A stretch of DNA of 64,000 nucleotides, taken from NCBI GenBank assembly GCA_963676565.1, contig OY781089.1, forward strand, positions 3,276,669 through 3,340,668, read 5' to 3'. The notes under the pieces were generated by a model that was given only the letters and a program-made list of their open reading frames with translations, did no database searches and was not told the DNA's origin. A program made the translations under genes and the position numbers. Of this stretch, positions 8,862 through 26,929 are shown one piece after another. How positions within the stretch are numbered: position 1 is the stretch's first letter; each line of letters opens with the position of its first letter. The DNA comes from Halarcobacter sp. (lineage in GTDB: Bacteria > Campylobacterota > Campylobacteria > Campylobacterales > Arcobacteraceae).

Positions 8862-10142
8862 TTACCATTTAGTATGAGTTAAATCACACTGTATCATTTC
8901 ACCTCTATGTGCTGGAGTTCCAGGTTTTTCAGCAGATTCACATAATAAAGTTGTGCCATAATCATTTCTTTTATCATGTGCATTACTTCTTGCCCATACT
9001 GAAACTATTGCTCTTTCTTCTGGTTTTGCTTCACAATCACCATCTACTTCAAAAGCATGAATAGTATTTTGATGGAAATACATTAATGGGTCTTTATCAT
9101 AGCTTCCTTCTGCCCACATCTCATGTTCGTGCTCTTGTCCTGCATCAAATTGAACTCTTCTCATTTTATCATCAACTTTTACAGTTTTTAATAGCTTTGA
9201 ATCCTCTTTTATTGCAAAACTTTTAAACTGTTTTGTACAAGCTGGAACTCTCATATTATAATAGATTTCAGAGATTGCATGATTATGATAAGGGTATAGT
9301 GTGTCTACTGATTGTACAGTCATACCAACCTCTGCACCCACTTTTTGTCCATTTATTTCGTCTATTCTTAAAAGACCCCAATGTCCAAAAATTTCTGCAT
9401 ATGCATATCCTCCACGAATATTAAAAAAGTTTTTGTCATTTCTTTTGCTCTCTTCAGCATACATTGGGAACCAACCTGCTGCTGCCCATAGGTTTGGTAA
9501 TGCATTTGCACTTATATCATAAGGAAAAGCTGAAGGCATTTTAACTTCATCTCCTGTTACCATTTTATGAAAGTTTTGAGTAAAACTTTTTCCTAATTTT
9601 TGTACCTCTTTATTTGTAACTTTTTCTTTGAAAAACTCTTTAAATGTCGTACGATTAAGCCATTTTGCCACAGGTGAAGATTTTTCCATCTCTTTACTTG
9701 GACTATATATCCAATTAACATCTTCTCTTGCACTAAAGCATGCTTTTGCTTTATCTGGATTGTTTACTACTTGATAGATGTTTTTTACCATTAGTTTCAT
9801 ATCTCTTCTATCCATAATACACATTTTTCTGTTTCCATTAGTTGTGTCAATTACAGCTTCATCTGAATTTAAACATTCACTATTTTCAGGTGTTGTTAAC
9901 GCTATGGCATAGGCATTTAAATATTGAAGTGTTTCATCCCATAAAATATCTATGTATTTCTGTTCTTCTTTAGAATAATCATTTTTTGTAGGTAAACATT
10001 TAAACTCTGCATTAATGATGTCATTTTTATCCAAAAAATTTGGAAGTTCACTTGCTTGTGAATTAACCATCAATGATAAGCCCAATATCAAAGATGATAC
10101 ACCTTTTACATAAATTTTTTTTAACTTTTCTTCTTTTCTCAT
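8862..10142 (-). CDS. dddY: Periplasmic DMSP lyase DddY
   Basis: Signal peptide; RGGYAYAEIFGHWGLLRIDEINGQKVGAEVGMT, cupin motif YPYHNHAISEIY, YFHQNTIHAF and VWAR match recalled DddY sequences, including the His/Glu/His metal ligands and the catalytic Tyr. Confidence 0.9.
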   Translation of the reverse strand: MRKEEKLKKIYVKGVSSLILGLSLMVNSQASELPNFLDKNDIINAEFKCLPTKNDYSKEEQKYIDILWDETLQYLNAYAIALTTPENSECLNSDEAVIDTTNGNRKMCIMDRRDMKLMVKNIYQVVNNPDKAKACFSAREDVNWIYSPSKEMEKSSPVAKWLNRTTFKEFFKEKVTNKEVQKLGKSFTQNFHKMVTGDEVKMPSAFPYDISANALPNLWAAAGWFPMYAEESKRNDKNFFNIRGGYAYAEIFGHWGLLRIDEINGQKVGAEVGMTVQSVDTLYPYHNHAISEIYYNMRVPACTKQFKSFAIKEDSKLLKTVKVDDKMRRVQFDAGQEHEHEMWAEGSYDKDPLMYFHQNTIHAFEVDGDCEAKPEERAIVSVWARSNAHDKRNDYGTTLLCESAEKPGTPAHRGEMIQCDLTHTKW

Positions 10143-10170
10143 AATTTCCCCTTAAAGTTTTATCAAGAAA

Positions 10171-10236
10171 AGTCTAACTCATTTAAATTAGAAAAGCAAG
10201 TACTTACTAAAAAGATAGGTACTATCTTAAAAGATA
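10171..10236 (-). promoter_or_regulatory. dddY sigma70 promoter with upstream palindromic operator
   Basis: -35 TTGCTT (10194-10199), 17-bp spacer, -10 TAGACT (10171-10176). GTACTTAC-N7-ATAGGTAC at 10200-10222 and TATCTT-AA-AAGATA at 10223-10236. Confidence 0.5.
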
Positions 10237-10556
10237 CTTTTGAATAAGATTTGTATTAGTATTTCCTATAAAAAGGGGGAATTTACTATATTATATTTAG
10301 TTTAAATTTTTTTAAATAAATAGATATTATTAAGACTAATATTAATGAAAACAATAAATTAAAGTTTAAAATGTTTAATTTTTATTAGAAAAAAATTAAT
10401 TAAATGAAACTTATTGTAGAAGTCATTAATAATAAATATATATAACTATTATTTAGTTCTATTTAAAAGAAGATAATATAAAGCCTTGTATTTAAAAACT
10501 CTATGATTAAGTAATAATACAATTTTATTTTTCTTAATATAAAAGAAAGAGAGATT

Positions 10557-10580
10557 AAATAAGCCTATAAAGGCTTATTT
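10557..10580 (-). terminator. Intrinsic terminator after the YciI-like gene
   Basis: AAATAAGCCT-ataa-AGGCTTATTT next to the stop codon. Confidence 0.65.
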
Positions 10581-10583
10581 TAT

Positions 10584-10874
10584 TTATTGGTTTTTTGGAA
10601 GTAACTTTACTGGAACGATTTGGAAATCTTCCATATTCCAAACGCCATTAGTTACATATGGTTCATTTTCTAACCACTCATTGATTTCATCGTCATTTTC
10701 AAAATCCACAAAAAGTGTAGAACCAACCATTTTATCTTCTTCTATAAGAGCCCCTGCTTCTATAATCTTACCTTCAGACATAAGTTTTTTTGCTCCTTCT
10801 ACGTGAGCATCTCTAACTTCAAGTCTTTTCTCTAAAGCACCATCATTGTCATACGCGATTACTAAATATTGCAT
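10584..10874 (-). CDS. YciI-family protein
   Basis: KRLEVRDAH, GSTLFVDF, WLENEPYVTNGVW; ATG 10874 with GGAG RBS. Confidence 0.88.
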   Translation of the reverse strand: MQYLVIAYDNDGALEKRLEVRDAHVEGAKKLMSEGKIIEAGALIEEDKMVGSTLFVDFENDDEINEWLENEPYVTNGVWNMEDFQIVPVKLLPKNQ

Positions 10875-10967
10875 TGGCAACTCCTATATAATTTGTTGAA
10901 GGAAGTATAACATAGTAACTTAAAAAGAAAAGGATAGATGAGATTTTTTTAAAGAAAATATTAAAAC

Positions 10968-11351
10968 TTAGAAATAACTAACTGCAAAAAGAAAGGTGAT
11001 TGGATATATTAAAGCGTTCATATATCTAAATAAAAAGTTCATTTGTATATTTGGCATAATATCTTGTAAATCAATACCTTGAGACATTTTAGTTAAAAGA
11101 TTTAATTTAAATGCAATATCTAAAAATTTCAATCCAACTATACTTAACATCAAAAAACCATTATTTTGTAAAAAAATTACTAAAAAAATAGAATAGATAA
11201 AACTTGGATTTAATAAGAAAAAGTAGATTATTCCCTTTTGATAAATAGAATAATTGTTATATAAAACTCCGTGAAGAGTATCAGATTTTTGCCAATTTGA
11301 CTCAAAAAGTTCTAAGGCTATAAAGATTAAAAATAAAGATAAAAAATCCAT
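10968..11351 (-). CDS. Hypothetical membrane protein
   Basis: 127-aa ORF with about 4 hydrophobic segments, downstream of rpoC. Confidence 0.75.
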   Translation of the reverse strand: MDFLSLFLIFIALELFESNWQKSDTLHGVLYNNYSIYQKGIIYFFLLNPSFIYSIFLVIFLQNNGFLMLSIVGLKFLDIAFKLNLLTKMSQGIDLQDIMPNIQMNFLFRYMNALIYPITFLFAVSYF

Positions 11352-11356
11352 AGTTT

Positions 11357-11380
11357 AACATTAGGGTTACCCCTAATGTT
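11357..11380 (-). terminator. Hairpin immediately after the rpoC stop (weak terminator or stabiliser)
   Basis: AACATTAGGG-GTAA-CCCTAATGTT; no proper U-tract. Confidence 0.5.
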
Positions 11381-20126
<8,746 letters not shown>

Positions 20127-20225
20127 TTAAAATTCGTCCTAAAATTCTAACCTTAGCCCTCAAAGATGCTAGTCTTTATACAAGGCAAAAAATGCCTTGT
20201 ATACGAATAAAATTTGCAGTAGAAA

Positions 20226-20597
20226 TTATGCTAATTCTACAGTTGCTCCTGCACCTTCTAATGCAGCTTTAGCAGCTTCAGCGTCTTCTTTAGAAACACC
20301 TTCTTTTACTTTTGCTCCAGCTTCTTCAGCCATAGCTTTTGCTTCTTTTAATCCAAGACCAGTTAATGCTCTGATCTCTTTAATTACGTTGATTTTCTTA
20401 GCTCCAGCATCTTTTAAGATTACATCGAACTCAGTTTTTTCTTCAGCAGCTTCAGCAGCAACTGCAGCTCCACCAGCAACTGCAACAGGTTGTGCAGATA
20501 CACCAAATTTTTCTTCAAATTCTTTAACTAATTCTGATAATTCTAATACAGATAAACCAGAGATATATTCTAAAACGTCTTCTTTAGAAATTGCCAT
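20226..20597 (-). CDS. rplL: 50S ribosomal protein L7/L12
   Basis: [10 protein letters not shown]...[20 protein letters not shown]. Confidence 0.99.
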   Translation of the reverse strand: MAISKEDVLEYISGLSVLELSELVKEFEEKFGVSAQPVAVAGGAAVAAEAAEEKTEFDVILKDAGAKKINVIKEIRALTGLGLKEAKAMAEEAGAKVKEGVSKEDAEAAKAALEGAGATVELA

Positions 20598-20653
20598 TTC
20601 TTTTCCTTATTATTTTTTTATTTTTAATTATATTTTATATAACGCTTAAGTAA

Positions 20654-21142
20654 TTAAGCAGCCTCTTCTTCTTTTTTAATTCTAAGAGCATCAAGCCCAA
20701 TTGTAAAGTTTCTAACTGGTCCCATCCATACAGATGCAAGCATTCCAAGAAGCTCTTCTCTAGATGGTAATTTAGCAAATGCCATAACTGTATTAAGATC
20801 AGCGATTTCACCTTCGATGATACCTGATTTAATTTCAAATTTATCTTTGTTAGCAGATGCAAATTTATCAGCAACTTTACAAGCAGAGATTTGATCTTCA
20901 GACCATAAGAAAATGTTATTTCCAGTTAATTCAACGTCACCTAATTCAGCGTTTTTAACAGCAACAGTAACTAATGAATTTTTAGCAACTTGTACTTTAA
21001 CACCATTATCTTTAGCATCTTTTCTTAAACTTTCAAGTTCTTTGTGTGAAACACCATTATATCCACATACTACTACAGCTTGTGAACCTTTGAACTCAGC
21101 AGATAAGAAATCAATTACTTCAGCTTTTTGTTGTTTAGTCAT
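20654..21142 (-). CDS. rplJ: 50S ribosomal protein L10
   Basis: VAKNSL, AKLPSREELLGML; start ATG 21142 with GGAG RBS. Confidence 0.98.
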   Translation of the reverse strand: MTKQQKAEVIDFLSAEFKGSQAVVVCGYNGVSHKELESLRKDAKDNGVKVQVAKNSLVTVAVKNAELGDVELTGNNIFLWSEDQISACKVADKFASANKDKFEIKSGIIEGEIADLNTVMAFAKLPSREELLGMLASVWMGPVRNFTIGLDALRIKKEEEAA

Positions 21143-21165
21143 TTTATATTCTCCTTTCAAAACAT

Positions 21166-21223
21166 CCAACTTCGGCAGGTTTTACAAGAATCAGGAGTAG
21201 ATTCTAACCCACTATCTTCAGTT
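21166..21223 (-). ncRNA. L10 leader (autoregulatory cis-element)
   Basis: AACTGAAGATAGTGGG...CCTGCCGAAGTTGG upstream of rplJ, resembling the L10-binding leader. Confidence 0.65.
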
Positions 21224-21298
21224 TTTAGTGTAGTGCTTTGATTAACACTCAAACGTGGGGATAAAACTATCCCCACTATTGAATGTTATAAATAAATA

Positions 21299-21997
21299 TT
21301 ATTTAATATCCATTAATTCTAATACATCAATATTAACAGATGGTGACATTGTTAATGAGATTGCTGCATTAGTGATATATCTACCTTTAGCAGATGCTGG
21401 TTTAGCTTTGTTAATAGCTGAAACAAATGCTGCAATGTTTTCTTTAATTGCTTCTTCTGAGAAAGAAACTTTCCCAACTGCAGCTTGCATGTTACCTTTT
21501 TTATCAACTCTATATGCAACTTGACCACCTTTAGCATCGTTAACTGCTTTAGTTACGTCCATAGTTACAGTTCCAGTTTTAGGATTTGGCATTAAACCTT
21601 TTGGTCCTAAAATTCTACCTAATTTACCTACAAGTCCCATACAATCTGGAGTAGCAATTAAAACATCAAAGTTAATCTCTCCACCTTGTACAGTTTCAAC
21701 TAAATCATCATTACCAACAATATCAGCACCAGCAGCTTTAGCTTCGTCCATTTTTGCACCTTTAGCAAAAACAGCAACTCTAACAGTCTTACCAGTACCA
21801 TTTGGAAGTACAACAGCACCTCTAATCATTTGATCAGCATGTCTTGGGTCAACGTTTAAGTTTAATGCAACTTCAACAGATTCATCAAATTTTGCTGATT
21901 TTAATTCTTTTACAGTTTTACAAGCTTCTGCTAGTGAATAATTTTTATCTTCAATTTTTTCAGCTAAAGCTTTATATCTTTTTGAAACTTTTCCCAT
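21299..21997 (-). CDS. rplA: 50S ribosomal protein L1
   Basis: [23 protein letters not shown]. Confidence 0.99.
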   Translation of the reverse strand: MGKVSKRYKALAEKIEDKNYSLAEACKTVKELKSAKFDESVEVALNLNVDPRHADQMIRGAVVLPNGTGKTVRVAVFAKGAKMDEAKAAGADIVGNDDLVETVQGGEINFDVLIATPDCMGLVGKLGRILGPKGLMPNPKTGTVTMDVTKAVNDAKGGQVAYRVDKKGNMQAAVGKVSFSEEAIKENIAAFVSAINKAKPASAKGRYITNAAISLTMSPSVNIDVLELMDIK

Positions 21998-22071
21998 ATT
22001 TATCTCCGCAATTAATTTTTTTGTTTGCTACCGCTATATAAGCCAAGTGGTCAGGCTAGATATTTAACAGA

Positions 22072-22497
22072 TTAAATTTCTGTTTCAATTCCCATTGATC
22101 TTGCAGATCCAGCAACAATTTTTGCAGCTTGGTCTTTATCATCAGTATTTAAATCAGCGATTTTCATATCAACGATTTCCATAATCTGATCTTTAGTTAA
22201 TTTTCCAACTTTGTTTTTAAGTGCATTGTCAGAACCTTTTTTAACACCAGAAACTTTCTTAATTAAATCTGTCATTGGTGGTTGTTTAGTTACAAATGTA
22301 AAACTTTTATCACTATAATAAGAAATTTCTACAGGGATTGAAAAACCTGCTTTATCTCTTGTTTTTTCGTTAAATGCTTTACAAAATTCCATAATGTTAA
22401 TCCCTCTTTGACCTAGAGCTGGACCAACTGGTGGTGATGGGTTAGCAGCACCAGCAGGAATTTGAAGTTTAAGTACACCTTCTACTTTTTTAGCCAT
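22072..22497 (-). CDS. rplK: 50S ribosomal protein L11
   Basis: [26 protein letters not shown]. Confidence 0.99.
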   Translation of the reverse strand: MAKKVEGVLKLQIPAGAANPSPPVGPALGQRGINIMEFCKAFNEKTRDKAGFSIPVEISYYSDKSFTFVTKQPPMTDLIKKVSGVKKGSDNALKNKVGKLTKDQIMEIVDMKIADLNTDDKDQAAKIVAGSARSMGIETEI

Positions 22498-22599
22498 GCT
22501 ATTTCCTTTTTTTAATTTTGTTGTTTAATGATTTAGGCATTAGGCAAGAAAACTCTTAGGAAGCGAAGTTTTTTTGCCTAATGCCTAATAAAAGTAGTT

Positions 22600-23127
22600 T
22601 TAAACTACTCTTTCTACTTGTGTATATGTAATCTCTACTGGAGTATTTCTTCCAAAAATAGATACATTTAGTTTTAAAATACCAGATGCCATATCAAAGT
22701 CTTCAACTACACCATTAAAGTTTGCAAATGGACCTTCATTGATTCTTACCATTTCACCTTCATCAAATGAAATTTTTGGCTTAGCAGCAGCTCTATTTTG
22801 AACCTTATCTAAAATTGAATCAATATCTTTTTTTGATAATGGAGTAGGTTTTTTAGACTCACCAATGAATCTTCCTACTTTTGGCATTGATTGAATTCTA
22901 TGCCATAGTGCTGTATCTAAATCAATTTTTGCAAATGCATATGCAGGATATAAAGGTCTTTCAACAATAGATTTATTACCTTTTTTTACTTCAATTAAAT
23001 CCTCAGTTGGAACTAATACTTCTGAGATTCTTTCATCAGCCATCTCTTCAGCTAATCTCTCAAGTGCTCTTTTTACTGCTAATTCACTACCTGAGTGTGT
23101 TTGAATCGCATACCATTGATGTGCCAT
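22600..23127 (-). CDS. nusG: Transcription termination/antitermination factor NusG
   Basis: WYAIQTHSGSE, KOW motif GPFANFNG, VSIFGRNTPVE. Confidence 0.99.
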   Translation of the reverse strand: MAHQWYAIQTHSGSELAVKRALERLAEEMADERISEVLVPTEDLIEVKKGNKSIVERPLYPAYAFAKIDLDTALWHRIQSMPKVGRFIGESKKPTPLSKKDIDSILDKVQNRAAAKPKISFDEGEMVRINEGPFANFNGVVEDFDMASGILKLNVSIFGRNTPVEITYTQVERVV

Positions 23128-23136
23128 TTATTATCC

Positions 23137-23319
23137 TTAATTTATTACAGCTGATAAGCTTAGAGACATAATTGCATCAATTAATGCTAAAAATAATGAT
23201 ATTACTGTTACAACTACAAATACCGATAGGTATGCAGATCTAATTTGTTCTTTAATAGGGAAAATTACTTTAAAAAGTTCTTCTTTAGCATTTTTATAAT
23301 ATGTTTTAAATTTGTTCAC
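23137..23319 (-). CDS. secE: Preprotein translocase subunit SecE
   Basis: EELFKVIFP plus single TM helix; GTG 23319 with GGAG RBS; canonical position. Confidence 0.93.
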   Translation of the reverse strand: MNKFKTYYKNAKEELFKVIFPIKEQIRSAYLSVFVVVTVISLFLALIDAIMSLSLSAVIN

Positions 23320-23554
23320 AATCGACTCCAAAAATTTCTAAGCTCATAAATTCTTTTAAAAAAAGTCATAACTACTTTTAAAAAAATTTAGTGATTTCTT
23401 TGTAGGATTAACACCTACAACTTACAGACAAGGAAATTCAATTTCCAACTAGGACACGAATATTATCTAAATAAAGCTTTAAATAAGCTTAGTTAAGATG
23501 TTTTTAATTTAAATTGTATTAGATAGTTTTTTTTGAAATTTAATTAGTGAAAAG

Positions 23555-23630
23555 TGGCAGGCCAGACAGGACTCGAACCCGTAACCATCGGATTTGGAAT
23601 CCGGCGCTCTACCATTGGAGCTACTGACCT
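23555..23630 (-). tRNA. tRNA-Trp(CCA)
   Basis: Cloverleaf, anticodon loop TTCCAAA, encoded CCA end. Confidence 0.97.
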
Positions 23631-23661
23631 GGTTACAAAACCATAAAGGTTAAGTAAAGTC

Positions 23662-23832
23662 TTACGACTTTAGCTTAACTTCTTTATGAGTTGTGTGTTT
23701 TTTTAATCTTGGGCTATATTTTTTAATAGCCATTTTTTCTGTATAAGTTTTTGGATTTTTGTAAGTAGTGTAATTAATATCACCACACTCTTCACATTTT
23801 AGTCCAATTTTAATGCTAACTCCGTTACCCAT
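23662..23832 (-). CDS. rpmG: 50S ribosomal protein L33
   Basis: Manual translation [56 protein letters not shown] (56 aa, below the ORF-track cutoff). Confidence 0.97.
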   Translation of the reverse strand: MGNGVSIKIGLKCEECGDINYTTYKNPKTYTEKMAIKKYSPRLKKHTTHKEVKLKS

Positions 23833-23841
23833 AAGTTATCC

Positions 23842-25050
23842 TTATTCGATTACTTCAGCAACAACTCCAGCACCTACAGTTCTACCACCTTCTCTGATAG
23901 CGAACTTAGTTCCCTTTTCAAGAGCAATTGGAGCAACTAATGAAACTGTCATTTCAACGTTATCACCTGGCATAACCATTTCAGTACCTTCTGGTAATTC
24001 ACAAGAACCAGTAACGTCAGTTGTTCTTACATAGAACTGTGGTCTATATCCTGAGAAGAATGGAGTATGTCTACCACCTTCCTCTTTAGAAAGAATATAT
24101 ACTTCCGCTCTAAATTTAGTGTGTGGAGTAATTGATCCTGGCTTAACAAGAACTTGTCCTCTTTGAACTTCTTCTTTTTTAATACCTCTTAAAAGGATAC
24201 CAGCATTATCACCAGCAACACCCTCGTCCATCTCTTTTCTAAACATTTCGATACCAGTAACAGTAGTTTTCATAGTATCTTTGAAACCTACGATTTCAAT
24301 CTCTTCGTTTAGTTTAATTGTACCTTTTTCAATTCTACCAGTAACAACTGTACCTCTACCTTGGATAGTAAATACATCTTCTACAGGCATTAAGAAATCT
24401 TGATCAGCATCTCTTTCTGGAGTTGGAATATAAGCATCAACTTCGTCCATTAATTTATAGATTTTTTCAGCCCATTCACCAGCAGTTCCAGCTTTAGCTT
24501 CTTCTAATGCTTGGAATGCAGAACCAGCAACGATTGGAGTGTCATCACCTGGGAAATCATACTCAGAAAGTAATTCTCTTACTTCCATTTCAACTAATTC
24601 TAACATCTCTTCTTTATCTTCATCATCAAGTTGATCTTCTTTGTTTAAGAATACAACGATGTATGGTACACCTACTTGTTTAGATAATAAGATGTGCTCT
24701 CTTGTTTGAGCCATTGGTCCATCAGTAGAAGCAATAACTAAGATAGCTCCGTCCATTTGTGCAGCACCAGTAATCATGTTTTTAACATAATCGGCGTGAC
24801 CTGGACAGTCTACGTGAGCGTAGTGTCTAGTTTCAGTTTCATATTCTACGTGAGAAGTAGCAATTGTAATACCTCTTTCTCTTTCTTCTGGAGCATTATC
24901 AATTTGATCATAATCCATAGTAGCTTGACCATTTTTAAGCCCTAAACACATAGTAATAGCAGCTGTTAATGTAGTTTTACCGTGGTCAACGTGACCAATA
25001 GTACCAATGTTTACGTGCGGTTTACTTCGCTCGAATTTTTCTTTTGCCAT
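23842..25050 (-). CDS. tuf: Elongation factor Tu
   Basis: [17 protein letters not shown]. Confidence 0.99.
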   Translation of the reverse strand: MAKEKFERSKPHVNIGTIGHVDHGKTTLTAAITMCLGLKNGQATMDYDQIDNAPEERERGITIATSHVEYETETRHYAHVDCPGHADYVKNMITGAAQMDGAILVIASTDGPMAQTREHILLSKQVGVPYIVVFLNKEDQLDDEDKEEMLELVEMEVRELLSEYDFPGDDTPIVAGSAFQALEEAKAGTAGEWAEKIYKLMDEVDAYIPTPERDADQDFLMPVEDVFTIQGRGTVVTGRIEKGTIKLNEEIEIVGFKDTMKTTVTGIEMFRKEMDEGVAGDNAGILLRGIKKEEVQRGQVLVKPGSITPHTKFRAEVYILSKEEGGRHTPFFSGYRPQFYVRTTDVTGSCELPEGTEMVMPGDNVEMTVSLVAPIALEKGTKFAIREGGRTVGAGVVAEVIE

Positions 25051-25285
25051 AAAATTCCCCTTAAAAAATTTTGGTTAATAGCCCTCTGAGTAGATAAGTC
25101 CAATAACTTCTCTATTCAGAGGGGATTTATTTTATAAATTTTGTACAAAAAAAGTACTTAACTTTTTTGTGGATGGTATTTTAATTAAAAAATACTAAAA
25201 AAAACTTTAATGGGAGATTATTTGTATAAAATAAGGAGTTATAAGTATGCGTTATAACTCAGCTCCCAGTAATCAATAAATCAAA

Positions 25286-25362
25286 TGGAGCGGGAGACGA
25301 GACTCGAACTCGCGACAATCTGCTTGGAAGGCAGAGGCTCTAGCCAACTGAGCTACTCCCGC
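25286..25362 (-). tRNA. tRNA-Gly(TCC)
   Basis: Cloverleaf, anticodon TCC, CCA end. Confidence 0.97.
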
Positions 25363-25371
25363 AACATTTAG

Positions 25372-25456
25372 TGGTGGTGAGAGAAGGATTTGAACCTTCG
25401 AAGCCATAGGCGGGAGATTTACAGTCTCCTGGATTTGACCACTCTCCAACCTCACC
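25372..25456 (-). tRNA. tRNA-Tyr(GTA)
   Basis: Long variable arm, anticodon GTA. Confidence 0.97.
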
Positions 25457-25518
25457 GTTGAAAAATTATTGTTCTGGTCAAGCGCTGGTCTTAAGACTTA
25501 CGCACGACAATAAAAAAA

Positions 25519-25595
25519 TGGAGCTGGTGAAGGGAGTCGAACCCCCGACCTGCTGATTACAAATCAGCTGCTCTAGCCAACTGAGCTACACCAGC
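25519..25595 (-). tRNA. tRNA-Thr(TGT)
   Basis: Cloverleaf, anticodon TGT. Confidence 0.97.
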
Positions 25596-25631
25596 GTCCA
25601 AGATTTAAAAAACTTTTTGCAAAACAAAAAG

Positions 25632-25707
25632 TGGTGGCGCGGGGCAGAATCGAACTGCCGACACAAGGATTTTCAGTCCTTTGCTCTACCGACTGAGCTA
25701 CCGAGCC
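25632..25707 (-). tRNA. tRNA-Phe(GAA)
   Basis: Cloverleaf, anticodon GAA; U4:C69 acceptor-stem mismatch. Confidence 0.96.
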
Positions 25708-25764
25708 AAGTGATTTAAGTAAGCGTCCTACTTAAATTGGAGTGAAATTATATACAGAACATTA

Positions 25765-26925
25765 TTAATTTAAGCTTAAATTGAAAACAAATTGTTTAAA
25801 TTCTTTTCCCCTTTGCTTATATGAACTAAATTGATCAAGTGATGCAGCAGCTGGAGACAGCATTGCAACTTCGTTTTCTTGGTGCTTTTGAGCAATTTTT
25901 AAAACTGCTGCTTCAAGTATTTCACACGAAATAAATTTTATAGAAAATTTTTCACATAAAGAATTTATTCTTTTAAAATTACTTCCTACAGAAAAAACCT
26001 CAACATTTAAATCTTTTAAATATTCAAATAAAGGTAATAAATTTGCACCCTTATCATCTCCCCCTAATATTAAATATATCTTTTTTTCTTTATATGGTAT
26101 AAGTGCATTTATAGTTGCATCAACATTTGTAGCTTTAGAATCATCAATCCATAATCTATTTTTTTTATCAAAAAACTCTTCTACTTTATGTTCATCAACT
26201 TTAAAGGAGTTAATTGTTTCATAATCAATTTCATCGAATATAATCTTTTTTGAAGATAAAGCTAATATTGAGTCTAATAAAAAAGGTTCTTTAAAATTAA
26301 TCCTTTTTTTATCTATATTAAAATATTTACATAAATCATCACTATCTTTGTAAGTTATTTTCATAGCACTTGTTGGATAATCTTTGAATTCTTCTGGAAT
26401 AATTGCAACTTCACCTTCTGTCATCATATCAAGTGGTTTTAATTTTGCTTTTTTATACTCTTCAAAACTTCCATGCCAAGAGATATGATCTTCTGATATA
26501 GGAAGAAGTAAATACAATGATGGTTTTGCTTTAGTTATATAGTGAAAAGTAAAAGAAGAAGTTTCTAAAATCCATATGGGAGCATTTAAATCAAGTTTTG
26601 ATATTGGCGTTCCAATATTACCTCCACAAAGGCTTCCTTTATCTTCTAAAAGGTGTTGAATCATTTGTGTTGTAGTTGTTTTACCATTTGTTCCACTTAT
26701 CCAGATGGAAAAAGGCATAGTATCCGCAAAAAGATCATAATCACTTTGTATGTTGTTTGATTGTTTTACCATATCATTAAAAGGTGGAATCCCTGGACTA
26801 ACTATAGTTATAGCATTGGACTCTTTATCATAGTTTGAAAAATCTTTATCATCATACAATATAACCTCATCAAACTTTTCTTTTATTGCTTGGGCTGTAA
26901 TTCCTTTTCCTAGTACTCTTATCAT
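25765..26925 (-). CDS. murD: UDP-MurNAc-L-Ala:D-Glu ligase
   Basis: ISGTNGKTTT, GGNIG, ETSSF, DDSKATN, LSPAAASLDQF. Confidence 0.97.
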   Translation of the reverse strand: MIRVLGKGITAQAIKEKFDEVILYDDKDFSNYDKESNAITIVSPGIPPFNDMVKQSNNIQSDYDLFADTMPFSIWISGTNGKTTTTQMIQHLLEDKGSLCGGNIGTPISKLDLNAPIWILETSSFTFHYITKAKPSLYLLLPISEDHISWHGSFEEYKKAKLKPLDMMTEGEVAIIPEEFKDYPTSAMKITYKDSDDLCKYFNIDKKRINFKEPFLLDSILALSSKKIIFDEIDYETINSFKVDEHKVEEFFDKKNRLWIDDSKATNVDATINALIPYKEKKIYLILGGDDKGANLLPLFEYLKDLNVEVFSVGSNFKRINSLCEKFSIKFISCEILEAAVLKIAQKHQENEVAMLSPAAASLDQFSSYKQRGKEFKQFVFNLSLN

Positions 26926-26929
26926 ATTA

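Noticed and set aside
21998..22071. GC-richer rplK-rplA spacer as a possible L1-binding element
   Set aside because: Position is plausible but I could not match the L1 motif convincingly by eye.
25273..25455. 60-aa ORF over the tRNA cluster
   Set aside because: Overlaps tRNA-Gly and tRNA-Tyr.
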